This document shows positions 49,721 through 62,850 of a stretch of 64,000 bases of DNA, in pieces; the first letter of the stretch is position 1; each line of letters opens with the position of its first letter. The notes under the pieces are model-generated. The model was not told where the DNA came from, did not search any database, and was given only the letters and a program-made list of their open reading frames with translations. The position numbers were made by a program, and so were the translations under genes. Origin of the DNA: Chiloscyllium plagiosum (Eukaryota). The stretch covers positions 9,061,657-9,125,656 of the forward strand of contig NC_057757.1 in the NCBI RefSeq assembly GCF_004010195.1. The letters are read 5' to 3'.

Positions 49721-51690
49721 TGTGTAAGGAATGGGTGCAGTCAATGGTATGTTGCCCTTCATTGTAACATGATTTAATTACATAAGTAAAACCATCTTCC
49801 TGCAGTTGTGGAGCCTTGCTGAGAGAGCTTTTGGGGCACTCTCTACGGATTTGATCTCATTTGTAAGGAATGATCTCCTTACAACAAGCACAGATGATGG
49901 TATCGTGAGGATAGAGGGAAGAAGCAGACTGTTTTATCGTAGAGCTGTGAGAGTAGAAGAAATGGTGAGGCTGAAACACGAGGACTGGCAGCAATCACTT
50001 ATTTCCAAAACAGACATTGATAGGGACAGAAATTCCATACTTTACCCAGGATTGATTGTTTTGATTTATTGTCACGTGTATCTCAGTACAGGGAAAATCT
50101 TTATTTATGTGCAGTGAAGGCAGATCATAGTAAGCATACGCAGACAGGTCATAGGGTGGAAGTCGAATTGGAAAGAGTAAGGCATGCAGATTACACTGCG
50201 GAGGACATGCACTAGACAAGATCAACATGAACAAGATTAGCATTATTTGAACTTAGTCCATTCATCAGTCTAACGTAGCTTTCCTAATACTTTATACTAC
50301 TTAATTAACTCTCCCCACATTATTGTGCAGTCGGCGTGTAAAACCATACTGAATGTCCTGTTGTTCACAATCCCCAACAGCAGCCACAATACCTTCCATC
50401 TGGAACAGGTAAACATTCCCGCCAGCTTCCGCCCGACATAGAGAACACCTGGCTGTCTTGGAGATGAAAGATGCCTTCGGGAGGCTTCACATAAGACATA
50501 TGACTTCCCTCCACACAGCTAGAAAACAACGTTAAAGTCCTACGTCTGTATCATGAGCAACGGAGCCACGAGGAACAATGTGGAGCAGTCTGTCTGTGCA
50601 GCCTTTTTTTCCTATTTGTTAATCATGTTAGAACAGCAATTAGGAGACAGTGAGGACTGCCGAGGAGATCAGAGGAGAGAATGGTTTGCTGGAAAAGCAC
50701 AGCAGGTCAGGCAGGGGAATCAAAATTTCGGGAGTAAGACGTTCATCAGAAATCCGCATCAATTATCTCATTCTGTCCCTGTGTAATTCGGTTGAGGGTG
50801 AATGGCCTCCTCCTGATCCTGTATAAGTGGCTCAAGGAGCTGTATGGCCTCGTCTTGTTCTTGTGAAAGTGACTCAAGGGGATGACTGGCTTATTCCTCT
50901 TCCGAATGGACAGGGCCAAGGGCCTGATTGCGTTACCCTTGGTTCCTTTTTGACAGGTCGATGTGCAGCCAAGTGTGATGATGTTGTAGCTTTAAGATGT
51001 TATTTTGTCCTGGTTTCTTTCAAGAGAGAGATTGGACGATTGTTACCAAGCTGGCTAGTGAAGACGACTTAAGAAAACAGCTAGGGAGGCCTGAGGTTTA
51101 TTTTAATGCGACCTGAAAGGGTATGGCCAGCTCTCACTGATTAGACAAGAGACAATAGATGCAGGAGTAGGCCATTCTGCCCTTCGAGCCTGCACCACCA
51201 TTCAATATGATCATGGCTGACCATCCTTAATCAGTATCCTGTTCCTGCCTTATCTCCAGAACCCTTGATGCCACTATCCTTGAGAGCTCTATCCAACTCT
51301 TTGTTAAATGAATCCAGAGTCTGGGCCTCCACTGCCCTCTGGGGCACAGCATTCCACACAGCCACCACTCTCTGGGTGAAGAAGTTTCTCCTCATCTCTG
51401 TCCTAAATGGTCTACACCGTATTTTTAAGCTGTGTCCTCTGGCTCGGCACTCACCCATCAGCGGAAACATGTTTCCTGCCTCCAGAGTGTCCAATCCTTT
51501 AATAATCTTATGTGTCGCAATCAGATCCCCTCGCAGCCTTCTAAACTCAAGGGTATTCAAGCCCAGTCGCTCCAGTCTTTCAGCGTAAGGTAGTCCCGCC
51601 ATTCCAGGAATTGACCTCGTGAACCCTACGCTGCACTCCCTCGATAGCCAGAATGTCTTTCCTCAAATTTGGAGACCAGAACTGCACACA

Positions 51691-52454
51691 NNNNNNNNNN
51701 NNNNNNNNNNNNNNNNNNNNNNNNNNNNNNNNNNNNNNNNNNNNNNNNNNNNNNNNNNNNNNNNNNNNNNNNNNNNNNNNNNNNNNNNNNNNNNNNNNNN
51801 NNNNNNNNNNNNNNNNNNNNNNNNNNNNNNNNNNNNNNNNNNNNNNNNNNNNNNNNNNNNNNNNNNNNNNNNNNNNNNNNNNNNNNNNNNNNNNNNNNNN
51901 NNNNNNNNNNNNNNNNNNNNNNNNNNNNNNNNNNNNNNNNNNNNNNNNNNNNNNNNNNNNNNNNNNNNNNNNNNNNNNNNNNNNNNNNNNNNNNNNNNNN
52001 NNNNNNNNNNNNNNNNNNNNNNNNNNNNNNNNNNNNNNNNNNNNNNNNNNNNNNNNNNNNNNNNNNNNNNNNNNNNNNNNNNNNNNNNNNNNNNNNNNNN
52101 NNNNNNNNNNNNNNNNNNNNNNNNNNNNNNNNNNNNNNNNNNNNNNNNNNNNNNNNNNNNNNNNNNNNNNNNNNNNNNNNNNNNNNNNNNNNNNNNNNNN
52201 NNNNNNNNNNNNNNNNNNNNNNNNNNNNNNNNNNNNNNNNNNNNNNNNNNNNNNNNNNNNNNNNNNNNNNNNNNNNNNNNNNNNNNNNNNNNNNNNNNNN
52301 NNNNNNNNNNNNNNNNNNNNNNNNNNNNNNNNNNNNNNNNNNNNNNNNNNNNNNNNNNNNNNNNNNNNNNNNNNNNNNNNNNNNNNNNNNNNNNNNNNNN
52401 NNNNNNNNNNNNNNNNNNNNNNNNNNNNNNNNNNNNNNNNNNNNNNNNNNNNNN
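51691..52454. other. Assembly gap; other gaps at 22358-22573, 47566-48065 and 54499-54630
   Basis: Runs of N. Confidence 1.
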
Positions 52455-53085
52455 CTGGGGTGTAGACCATCAGGCCCTGGGGACTTATCAACCTTCAGAC
52501 CTAACAGTCTCTCCAACACCAATTCCTGGCAAGTATAAATTCCCTTTAGTTCAGGTCCTTCAGCCACTGTTACCTCAAGAAGATTGCTTGTGTCTTCCCC
52601 AGTGAATGCATATCTGAAGTACCAATTCAATTCTTCTGCCATTTCTTTGTTCCCCGTAATATATTCCCCTGTTTCTGTCTTCAAGGGCCCAATTTTAGTC
52701 TTAACCACTTTTTTGCCTTTCACATAACTAAATAAGCTTTTACTATCCGCCTTTATATTTTTAGCCAGTTTACCTTCGTACCTCATTTTTTCTCTGCGTA
52801 TTTCCTTCTTAGTAATCCTCTGTTGTTCTTTAAAAGCTATCCAGTCCTCCGTCTTCCCACTTATCTTTGCTATGTTATACATTTTCTCTTTTAACTTTAT
52901 ATGTTTCTTAACTTCCCTTGTCAACCATGGCCACCCATGCCTCCTCCTGGGATCTTTCTTCCTTTTTTGGAATAAACTCCCAGTCTACCTGCATGTTGAA
53001 ATCCCCCATAACAACTGTCGTAACACCTTTGCGACAGGCCAAATTCAGCTGCTAATTCAACTTACATCCGACATCCAGACTACTG

Positions 53086-53544
53086 CTGTGGTTCTGTTCG
53101 CCGAGCTGGAAGTTTTTGTTGCAAACGTTTCGTCCCCTGGCTAGGCGACATCATCAGTGCTTGGGAGCCTCCTGTGAAGCGCTTCTTTGATGTTTCCTCC
53201 GGTGTTTATAGTGGTCTGTCCCTGCCGCTTCCGGTTGTCAGTTTCAGCTGTCCGCTGTAGTGGTTGGTATATTGGGTCCAGGTCGAGGTGTTTGTTAACA
53301 CATCGACCTGGACCCAATATACCACTCACTACAATGGACAGCTGAAACTGACAACCGGAAGCGGCAGTGCCAGACCACTATAAACACCGGAGGAAACATC
53401 AAAGAAGCGCTTCACAGGAGGCTCCCAAGCACTGATGATGTCGCCTAGCCAGGGGACGAAACGTTTGCAACAAAAACTTCCAGCTCGGCGAACAGAACCA
53501 CAGCAACGAGCACCCGAGCTACAAATCTTCGCACAAACTTTGAA
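53086..53544. mobile_element. Palindromic Penelope-like insertion with two hammerhead motifs and a 13-bp TSD
   Basis: Inverted arms centred near 53296; atccagactactg at 53073-53085 and 53545-53557. Confidence 0.9.
53429..53468 (+). ncRNA. Minimal hammerhead ribozyme motif, core intact (mirror copy at 53121-53160, minus)
   Basis: gca-CUGAUGA-u-gucgccu agcc aggggac-GAAAC-GUU-ugc. Confidence 0.75.
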
Positions 53545-55444
53545 ATCCAGACTACTGTTTGGGGGCCTGTCGATAACTCCCAAGAGGGTCTTGGGAGTTA
53601 TCTACCCTTAGAATTTCTCAGCTCTATCCATACTGACTCTACTTACCCTGATTCTAAGTCCTCCCGCACAAGGGACTGAATGTCATCCCTTTCCAATATG
53701 GCCACCCCACCCCCTCTGCCCGTCAGTCTGTCCTTACGATAGCACGATTAGGATCTCTGGGTTTCGGTTTCTCAGCAACATCAGAAACTATTGGGGTCTC
53801 CACAGAGTTGGAAGCTTCAGTAGACGTCTCCAGGCTGCTACTCTCTCTGAATTTTCTTCTGATGTTGTTTTCAATTCCTGGATTGGAAAAAATGTTTATG
53901 AAAATCTGTGTCTGAATATTTCTTTTCGCCAAAGGCGCCAAAGGATTTTTCCTGTATTGGAATAGTTCCTAAATCTATTATTCTGTCAACTTGTCCAATA
54001 GAATTAAGGTATTTTAAACTCTTCTGTCTTTGGTTTCATTTTATCTTTCGTTTTTAAAAGATATAGAGCTTTGATTCACCCCGATTAGTTTGACCAGTCA
54101 CATTTCATCTGGAATAGACACATTAATTCCCTTTAAAATAAGAAAACGTCAGAGTCTAGGCGACCACCTTCAAATATTTTCGGGGGGCTTTGGTGCGGTC
54201 CATCACACTAGATTCCTTCTTTTCCTGATTAATAGGTTGGAGGCACTGAATGAGCTGTCCCTGTTCTTCTCCAATCGTGTCAATGGTCTGAATGACTTCC
54301 CCATGTTCCTCTGAAACCAGTGTGGGGTGCTGAATGAACTTTTCATTGCACTGTGGCAATGTGCAGTGTCAGTCAGTGCTGCAACATAAATGTTACGGAC
54401 CCTTTAAAACCACAAGCCTGAAGTCCGGGTCTTGCTGCACATGGTTACAGACCAGTTTTGGGGCTGACGGGGGACAAAACGTTCTGAACATTGTGGAANN
54501 NNNNNNNNNNNNNNNNNNNNNNNNNNNNNNNNNNNNNNNNNNNNNNNNNNNNNNNNNNNNNNNNNNNNNNNNNNNNNNNNNNNNNNNNNNNNNNNNNNNN
54601 NNNNNNNNNNNNNNNNNNNNNNNNNNNNNNTATTTGAAGAAGAGGTAGATGGATATTGACGTGTCAAGAGTTGTGGGCTATGAAGAATTGGGTATGAAAG
54701 AGGATTTGACACCTCTTTGACAACATTACTGAGCAGATCAGTAATGTTGTTAGTGAAGGGCAAGGCAAGCTTGGGGAGTGAACGACCTGACTCTCTTTCT
54801 GATGTTCTCACATTCTGTTATTGGAAAGCTGGTGTGTGTTATTTTCATGGCTGTTGTGTTATTGAATATCGCAGTCAGGGAGACCAGAGGATTTTGTGAA
54901 CATCACTGGGCGAGGTATTTGGGCTATATCCACAGTGAATCTGAGTCTACAACATGACCAACAAATGAAGCACAAGCTGCAGAGAGGGGAAGCTCTGTAA
55001 AGAGAGATGAGGGGCCTCTTTCATACTTGTGCCTGGATGTTCCAATTACATTTCCCAAATCACCTCAAAGCGCGTGTGACAGTCTTAAAGGGCTGAATGG
55101 TCTCCTGTATTTTTGTGCAGAAGGCTTTAGGAGTACGTGGCCTCCAACTGGTCCTGGGTAACAGGTTTGCGGGCCTGAATGGAACACAGAAACATGGAAC
55201 TGAGGAGCAGGAGTGGGTCATTAGATACTTGGAGCCTTCTGCACCCGGCACTAAGATTGTAGCTGATTATGTTGTGGTCTCAGTCCCACTTTCTTGTCTG
55301 TATCCCATTATCCGTGTCTCACTTCTCTTAAAATATTTAACTGTCGCAGCTTTCAATCAATGTGAACAATGAGGCACGATAAACTTCCAGTGAAGCGAAT
55401 TCTGACTTGAAAGGCCCTTTCGGAATTTTTCTTCATCCCTCCTG

Positions 55445-56760
55445 CAGAATCAGAGCGTCATGCAGAATGGAACCAGACCCGTTAGTCCAATCTGTTCACT
55501 CCGATCAGTTATCAAATCTGATCTAGTCCCATTTGCTAGTATTTAGCCCATATCCCTCCTCTTTCAGGTACATTTTAAATGTTCGATTGTATCCGCCTTC
55601 ACCGCTTCCTCTGACAGCACTTTCCGTACACGCTCCACTCTCTGTGTGGAACATTCACCTTCAAGTCCCTTCTAAATCATTCCTCTCTTGCCCTCAAGCT
55701 ATGACTTCTTCTTCTGGACTCCCTATTCTGGGGAGCAGGACGTGGCTGTTCAGAATATCCTTGCCCCTGATGACTTTATAAACCTCAATAATGTCAGCCC
55801 TCAGTCTCTGACACTCCAGGGGGAAACACCTCAGCTTAATCAATCTCTGAATAAAACTCAAACCTCCAGTCCTGGAACATCTGTATAAATCTTTTCTGCA
55901 GACAACCGAGTTGTACGCCATATTCTTAAAGTGGCCTCACCAACATCCTATACAGATGCAACATACCACCACAACTCCTATACTCAATGCTCTGACTGAT
56001 TAAGGCAAATGTGCCAAATGTGTTCTGCACAACACTGTCTACCTGCGACTCTACTTTCAAGGAAAAATGCTCCTGCAGTCCGAGGTCCCTTTGTTTCACA
56101 ACACTCCCCTGGACCTTACCATTAAGTGTACAATTTCTGCCCTGATTTGCCTTCACAAAATGCAAAACCTCGTACTTAATTACATTAAACTTCACCTGGC
56201 ACTCCTTGCAACTTTGTCCTATGTAATTGTGGTCTCGTTGTACTCTGAGATAATCTACGACACCACCTTTCTGTTGTAATCTGTAAATTTATGTAGTATG
56301 CCTCCAATATTCACATTTTAATCCTTTACATAAATGATGAAATGCTGTGAACTCAGTACTGATACTTGTATCACACTATTGCTCACAATCCTCCAGTCTG
56401 AAAAATACTCAACTTCCTTCAAGCTAATAGTGACTAGCTTCCTCTGTATTCCATGTGATCAAATCTTACTAATCTGTCTACCAATTGGAATATTAGGAAC
56501 ACTTTGCTGAGTTCCATATAGACAATGTCTACCAAACTGCCTTCATCAATCGTCTTTGTCACCTCTTCATAAAACTCAATCTAATTAATTATACATGATT
56601 TCCCATTCCTACAGCCCTATTGACTACCCCGATTACCCTTGCCTTCCTAAATGTATGTCATTCCTGTGCGTCAGAATCCCCTCCAACAACTTACCTTCCA
56701 CTGACATCAGGCTCACCAGTCTATAGTTCCCCAGTTTTTTTGGGTCACTGTTTCCTTTTC
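55445..56760 (-). mobile_element. Degenerate CR1 RT-to-3' fragment
   Basis: GNYRLVSLMSVEGKLLEGIL, MKFNVIKYEVLHF and LRADIIEVYKVIRG. Confidence 0.85.
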
Positions 56761-57267
56761 TAGACCCATTCCGCTGCTGCTCACAACAAATGTTAAATAT
56801 AAATGCGTTGGTCATGTGGCCGATGATATCGGTCTCAGATTGGGTCAGTGCCAGTTTTTGGAACAATTCAGGCTAGTTTATTTAATCTGCTAAAAAAGCA
56901 CGTTTATGATCCAGAGCAATGTTACTCAAAGTATGATGGAAAGATGAATGGCAAACTGTTTGGATATTGCAAATATATAATCGGAATTTCCCTTTCAAAA
57001 AACACTGGCGCGCGCACACACACACACACACACACACCCGATAAACAAAATCTCTGCAATTTCAAATTGAAAGAACTTTTCCAGATATTAGTGCAACTCA
57101 TGTCAAAACGAGAAATTGAGAGATTGTCCAAAACGTTATGATGCTTCTGAAGATATTCTACTCACAAAAGCTGCTAACAATAGGATTTCATCCTGGAACA
57201 GTGCGATTTGGCTGATTTCCCTTTTGCATTAGGCAGTGAGGAATTCCCAATGAATTCTGGTCAGGGA

Positions 57268-57600
57268 TTAGCACTGCTCAGTGGTTAGCACTGTTGCCTC
57301 ACAGTACCAGGAACTTGAGTTCGATTTTTCAATCGGGTGAGTATCTCCGTGGATTTTGCACATTCTCACCTTGTCTGCGTGAGCTTCCAATGGGTGCGCT
57401 AGTTTCCTTCCACAGTCCAAAGCTGTGTTGGTTAGGTGGATTGGTCATGCTAAATTGTCCATAGAGTTCAGAAATGTCGAGGTTAGGTGCACTAGTCAGG
57501 GTAATTGTAAGAGAACGGGACTGGAAAGGTTACTCTTTGACAGGTTGGTATGGACTTGTTGGGTTGAAGTCCTGTTTCCACACTGCAGGGATTCTATGAA
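57268..57600 (+). mobile_element. HE1/V-SINE (diverged)
   Basis: cagtggttagcactgttgcctcacag...cctgtttccacactgcagggattctatg. Confidence 0.8.
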
Positions 57601-57862
57601 AATAAGCACGGTAATGATGACTGTAGAGGCTTTTTAATAGCTCGCACGCATTGCTGTTATGAGGAACAATGAAGGAGAGATAGTGCAATAGGCCATTACT
57701 TGTCGAACTGATTGCATTTTCTACTCTGAGTTGAATCACACAATAATGTCATTCTCTCCCAAACTGGACCATGTGAAGTCTCCTTGCACATTGTCCAAAC
57801 TATGTATCCATCAGATTCCCTGCTCCATGTCGGTGCATCATTGCTGCTGTCAAACACAGAGC

Positions 57863-60800
57863 CATACCCTAAGCAGAAAAAGTGCTTGGTCGATTTTAAG
57901 ATGCGTTTATATATCCTTGTGTCATTAAATAATAAAACGTTTAATGTATTCAGAATACCTGTGATAAAATGAATGCATTTTTTGACATAAACAGAAATTG
58001 CTAGGAAATTTCAGCATGTCTGTCTGCATCCAGATATCTTTTAAATGTTATAGTTGTACCAGTGTCCACCACTACCTCTGGCAGCTCCTTCCATATGCAC
58101 ACCACCTTCTCCATGAAAGGTGCCACTTAGACCACATCAAAATCTTTCACTTTTTACATTCCATCAATGCGCTCTAGTTTTGGACGCTCCTCACCTGGGG
58201 AAAAACCCTGACTACTCACCCTAACCATACCCATTCTGATTCTATTAAACTAGTACTGCTCCGAATGCCTGTACTTTCAGTCATCCCAGGCCTACATTCT
58301 GAAATTCAATACTGACGCCTCTTCATTCTCCATCAGGTCACAATTCTAAAACAATTTTAATCAGTTTGTTCAGATGTAGTATGAGACACTTATTATGGAA
58401 TTTACAACTAGACATTTGTGCCCATTATTAGCACCAATCGGCAATACCCATAAAGCTGTAACATTATTCACCTGTGTGTTTGCTCATCAGCCTGTTCTAC
58501 GATGTTGTGACATACCTCCGCAACAGGCAGGATTTGAATACTGACGTTCTAATCCAGAGCAAGAAACACTAATGCACAAGTTCAGGAATAGGAATCAAAT
58601 CCAGAACTCTGGCTCGGATGCAGGGTCACTACCCACTACTTTTACCATACCCAGATCTTCGGTCATACTTTAAGTGCCAGCTTTCAGCACAATATGGATT
58701 TATTATAATCAGGTTATCATTATTAAACTACACGAAACCCTTTGCATTGTGCAATAAATGCAAGATATTTGTGTTAACTGTAGGGTATTGAGTGCACGTG
58801 CAGTGCCATCGAAATTATCTTTGAATATCTTTAATTGCTATTATCTGTAGTCTACAATATTAGGGGGAAAATCTTGCAGATGCACTTTGCACAATAAAGG
58901 GTCTCGAATTGATACTTATTCGTGAACTTTAGAGAAAAAGAAAGAGCATAAATTCTGGCCCGAAAACAGCCATCAGTATTACCCAACTTCCACGTATGAC
59001 TGCCCCCTTCCTCAAACCATGAAATGATACTTGGCCACTGATTACTCTCCAGCGTCTCCTCCCCATTGACTGGATCAGCAATCTATCCCTCTTCCCCTAA
59101 CCACACAAGGCAAACCAAGCTCAGGGTCTTTGTGAAAATCAAAGCCGGAGTGTGCAGGCTTCCTCGAGAGGGGGAAGGAATTTTAAATTGAAGGGGGAGG
59201 GTGAGGAGGCAGTAATATCACACACTGGGCTGAGGGTGGCAGTTGGAGTTTAGTTTGGATAATGCGAGGTATTGGATTTGGTAAATCAAACAAGAGCAGG
59301 ACCTACACAATTAAAAATAGGGAATTTGGCAGTGTTATAGAACAGAGACCTCGGCCGTCAGTATACTTCTTTAAAATTTGCATCTCATATAGATAGCGCA
59401 GTTAAGAAGGTATTTTGCACACTTGCCTTCATTGGTCAGACCTTTGAGAATCGGAATTGGGACGTAATGTTGAGGCTGTACAGGACATTGGTGAGACGTC
59501 TTCTGGAAAACTGTATCTAGCCTGATGTTCTATGTTCATACCCTAAGAAGAAAAAGTGCTTGGTCGATTTTAAGATGCGTTTATATATCCTTGTGTCATT
59601 AAATAATAAAACGTTTAATGTATTCAGAATACCTGTGTTAAAATGAATGCATCTTTTGACATAAACAGAAATTGCTAGGAAATTTCAGCATGTCTATCTG
59701 CATCCAGATGTCTTTTAAATGTTATAGTTGTACCAGTGTCCACGACTACCTCTGGCAGCTCCTTCCATATGCACACCACCTTCTCCATGAAAGGTGCCAC
59801 TTAGAACACATCAAAATCTTTCACCTTTCACATTCCATCAATGCCCTCTCGTTTTGGACGCTCCTCACCTGGGGAAAAACCCTGACTACTCATCCTAACC
59901 ATACCCATTCTGATTCTATTAATCTACTACTGTTCCGAAATGTGACTCCAATCAACACGAATGTCTGTACTTTCAGTCATCCCAGGCCTATATTCTGAAA
60001 TTCAATACTGACGCCTTTTCATTCTCCATCAGGTCACAATTCTAAAACAATTTTAATCAGTTTGTTCAGATGTAGGATGAGACACTTATTATGGAATTTA
60101 CAACTAGAAATTTGTGCCCGTCATTAGCACCAATCGGCAATACCCATAAAGCTGTAACATTATTCTCCTGTGTGTTTGCTCATCAGCCTGTTCTACGATG
60201 TTGTGACATACCTCCGCAACAGGCAGGATTTGAATACTGACGTTCTAATCCAGAGCAAGAAACACTAATGCACAAGTTCAGGAATAGGAATCAAATCCAG
60301 AACTCTGGCTCGGATGCAGGGTCACTACCCACTACACTACCATACCCAGATCTTCAGTCATACTTTAAGTGCCAGCTTTCAGCACAATATGGATTTATTA
60401 TAATCAGGTTATCATTATTAAACTACACGAAACCCTTTGCATTGTGAAATAAATGCAAGATATTTGTGTTAACTTTAGGGTATTGAGTGCACGTGCAGTG
60501 CCATCGAAATTATCTATGAATATCTTTAATTGCTATTATCTGTAGTCTACAATATTAGGGGGAAAATCCTGCAGATGCACTCTGCACAATGAAGGGTCTC
60601 GAATTGATACTTATTCGTGAACTTCAGAGAAAAAGAAAGAGCATAAATTCTGGCCCGAAAACAGCCATCAGTATTACCCAACTTCCACGTATGACTGCCC
60701 CCTTCCTCAAACCATGAAATGATACCTGGCCACTGATTACTCTCCAACGTCTCCGCCCCATTGACTGGATCTGCAATCTATCCCTCTTCCCCCTAACCAC

Positions 60801-61220
60801 ACAAGGCAAACCAAGCTCAGGGTCTTTATGAAAATCAAAGCCGGAGTGTGCAGGCTTCCTGGAGAGGGGGAGGGAATTTTAAATTGAAGGGGGAGGGTGA
60901 GGAGGCAGTAATATCACACACTGGGCTGAGGGTGGTAGTTGGAGTTTAGTTTGGATAATGCGAGGTATTGGATTTGGTAAATCAAACAAGAGCAGGACCT
61001 ACACAATTAAAAATAAAGAATTTGGCAGTGTTATAGAACAGAGACCTCGGCCGTCAGTATACTTCTTTAAAATTTGCATCCCATATAGATAGCGCAGTTA
61101 AGAAGGTATTTTGCACACTTGCCTTCATTGGTCAGACCTTTGAGAATCGGAATTGGGACGTCATGGTGTGGCTGTACAGGACATTGCTGAGACGTCTTCT
61201 GGAAAACTGTATCCAGCCTG
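57863..61220. repeat. Tandem segmental duplication, about 1.67-kb unit (57863-59524 and 59537-61220)
   Basis: Both copies start cataccctaag and end ctggaaaactgtatc(t/c)agcctg, with scattered substitutions, an indel of about 20 nt and the 12-nt spacer atgttctatgtt. Confidence 0.95.
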
Positions 61221-62547
61221 GTCACCCTGCCAGCTCATTCCATAGGCACACCACCCTCTGTGTGAAAACACTGCCCCATCGGTCACTTTTCAGCTGTTCC
61301 CTTCTTACCTTAAACCTATGTCCTCTAGTTTTGCTAACCCCTACCATTAGAAAATACCTTGACTATTCAATTCGACATTATTGGCCTTGATATTATTAAG
61401 ACCGAGAGGGTTCAGAAAAGATTAACCTGGATGTTGCTGGGAATGGAGGAATTGAGTTATAAGGAGAGGCTGGATAGACTGGGAAGTGTTTCATTGGAGA
61501 GTATGAGACTAAGGGGTAACTTCACAGAGGTTTATAAAATTATAAGGGTACAGTTAAGCTGAAGGGCTGATGTCTTTACCCTCGAGTTGGAAATTCAGAA
61601 CTGATGGATATTTTAATGTGCGAGGAAAATGATGTACAAAAGTCATGAAAGTTAATTATTTTAGACAGAAGCTGACTTGTGTGTGGAATGAACATCCAGA
61701 TGAAGTGGAGAATTCAGGGACAGTTGCAACGTTTAAAGGACATTTCGATCAACACATGGATAATAAATCAGTCTGGATGGTACTGTGAGCAGCTGCCCTC
61801 TTCCTCCCTCTCTGAATAAATCCCTGTTGGTTTTATCCCTCTGCCAATGCTTGTGCCGTGGCGTGGGGAGGCCAGCAGAGTGTGGCATTGTATCCCTTTC
61901 AGCACCACAGAGACACGTAGATGCACGAGCAGGAATTGTTAGGAAAAGGTGTTGAGCTCATCTGGTAATTTAAACAAAACATAAAGTTATGCTCAATTCG
62001 CCTCGTAAACTGTTAAAATATGAGTGACAGAGAACTCCCAAATTCGACTGTTTAAATAAAAACAACAATTCTTTTTTTAAAATCTGTAAGTTAACATTTT
62101 ACATCAACTCTTCACTACTCTGAGACCCCCTTTCTCTTAACAGCTTATTACCCCACTCCAACTCTACAACAATACACTCTTTCAATAAGATGCTTATTAA
62201 AATTACAAAAACTTAATTTCAAGACCACAAAGTATCTGTTTTTTTTCGGTGTCTTCTTCAGGCTATGGATATGCCTGGGTCATCTTCTTTCATTTTATTG
62301 TGAACATGTTTCATATGGAAAGACACCTTTGATAGACAGTGTTTCCTAAACTCTTGGATCTGTGTTGATGACATTGTCCCTGTCTGCAATTTTAAAAATG
62401 CTTGCACTTTTAATACCCAGAGGATCGGATCATTTCATTGATTCGATTTTTGAAAAACACTAAATTCAAACTCGATTTCGTTTTAGTATCCTGTGGAATA
62501 ATTTAAACTGATTGGTAAAATTAGAATTGTTCTCCAATGAGGAAACA

Positions 62548-62850
62548 TTTAGATTACTTATAGTGTGGGAACAGGCCCTTCGACCCAACAAGTCCACACT
62601 GACCCTCCGAAGGGCAACCCACCCAGACGTATTCCCCTACATCTAACACTATGGGCAATTTAACGTGGCCAATTCACCTATGCTGCACATCTTTAGACTG
62701 TGGGAGGAAACTGGCGGACCCGAAGGAAACCCACGCATAGACGGGGAGAATGTGCAAACTCCACACAGACTGTTGCCTGAGGCAGGAATTGAACGCGGGT
62801 CTATGGCGTGGAGAGGTAGCAGTGCTAACCACATAGCCACCGTTCCCCCA
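62548..62850 (-). mobile_element. HE1/V-SINE
   Basis: Reverse complement of the SINE head, body and tail. Confidence 0.88.

Larger units (their letters stand above)
51145..53745 (-). mobile_element. Younger CR1 LINE spanning an assembly gap, with internal deletion and Penelope insert
   Basis: LKVDKSPGPDGLHP, CVQFWSP and LRGDLIATHKIIKG ORFs; endonuclease-region sequence at 52980-53745. Confidence 0.9.

Noticed and set aside
47378..52924. Long ORFs of 196-432 aa in the ORF track
   Set aside because: They are produced by translating through N gaps; the real parts are CR1 sequence.
53745..54320. A-rich coding-like stretch on the minus strand after a possible acceptor (tttcag|AGGAACATGGG)
   Set aside because: Multiple stops and no recognisable domain; it cannot be supported without a database search.
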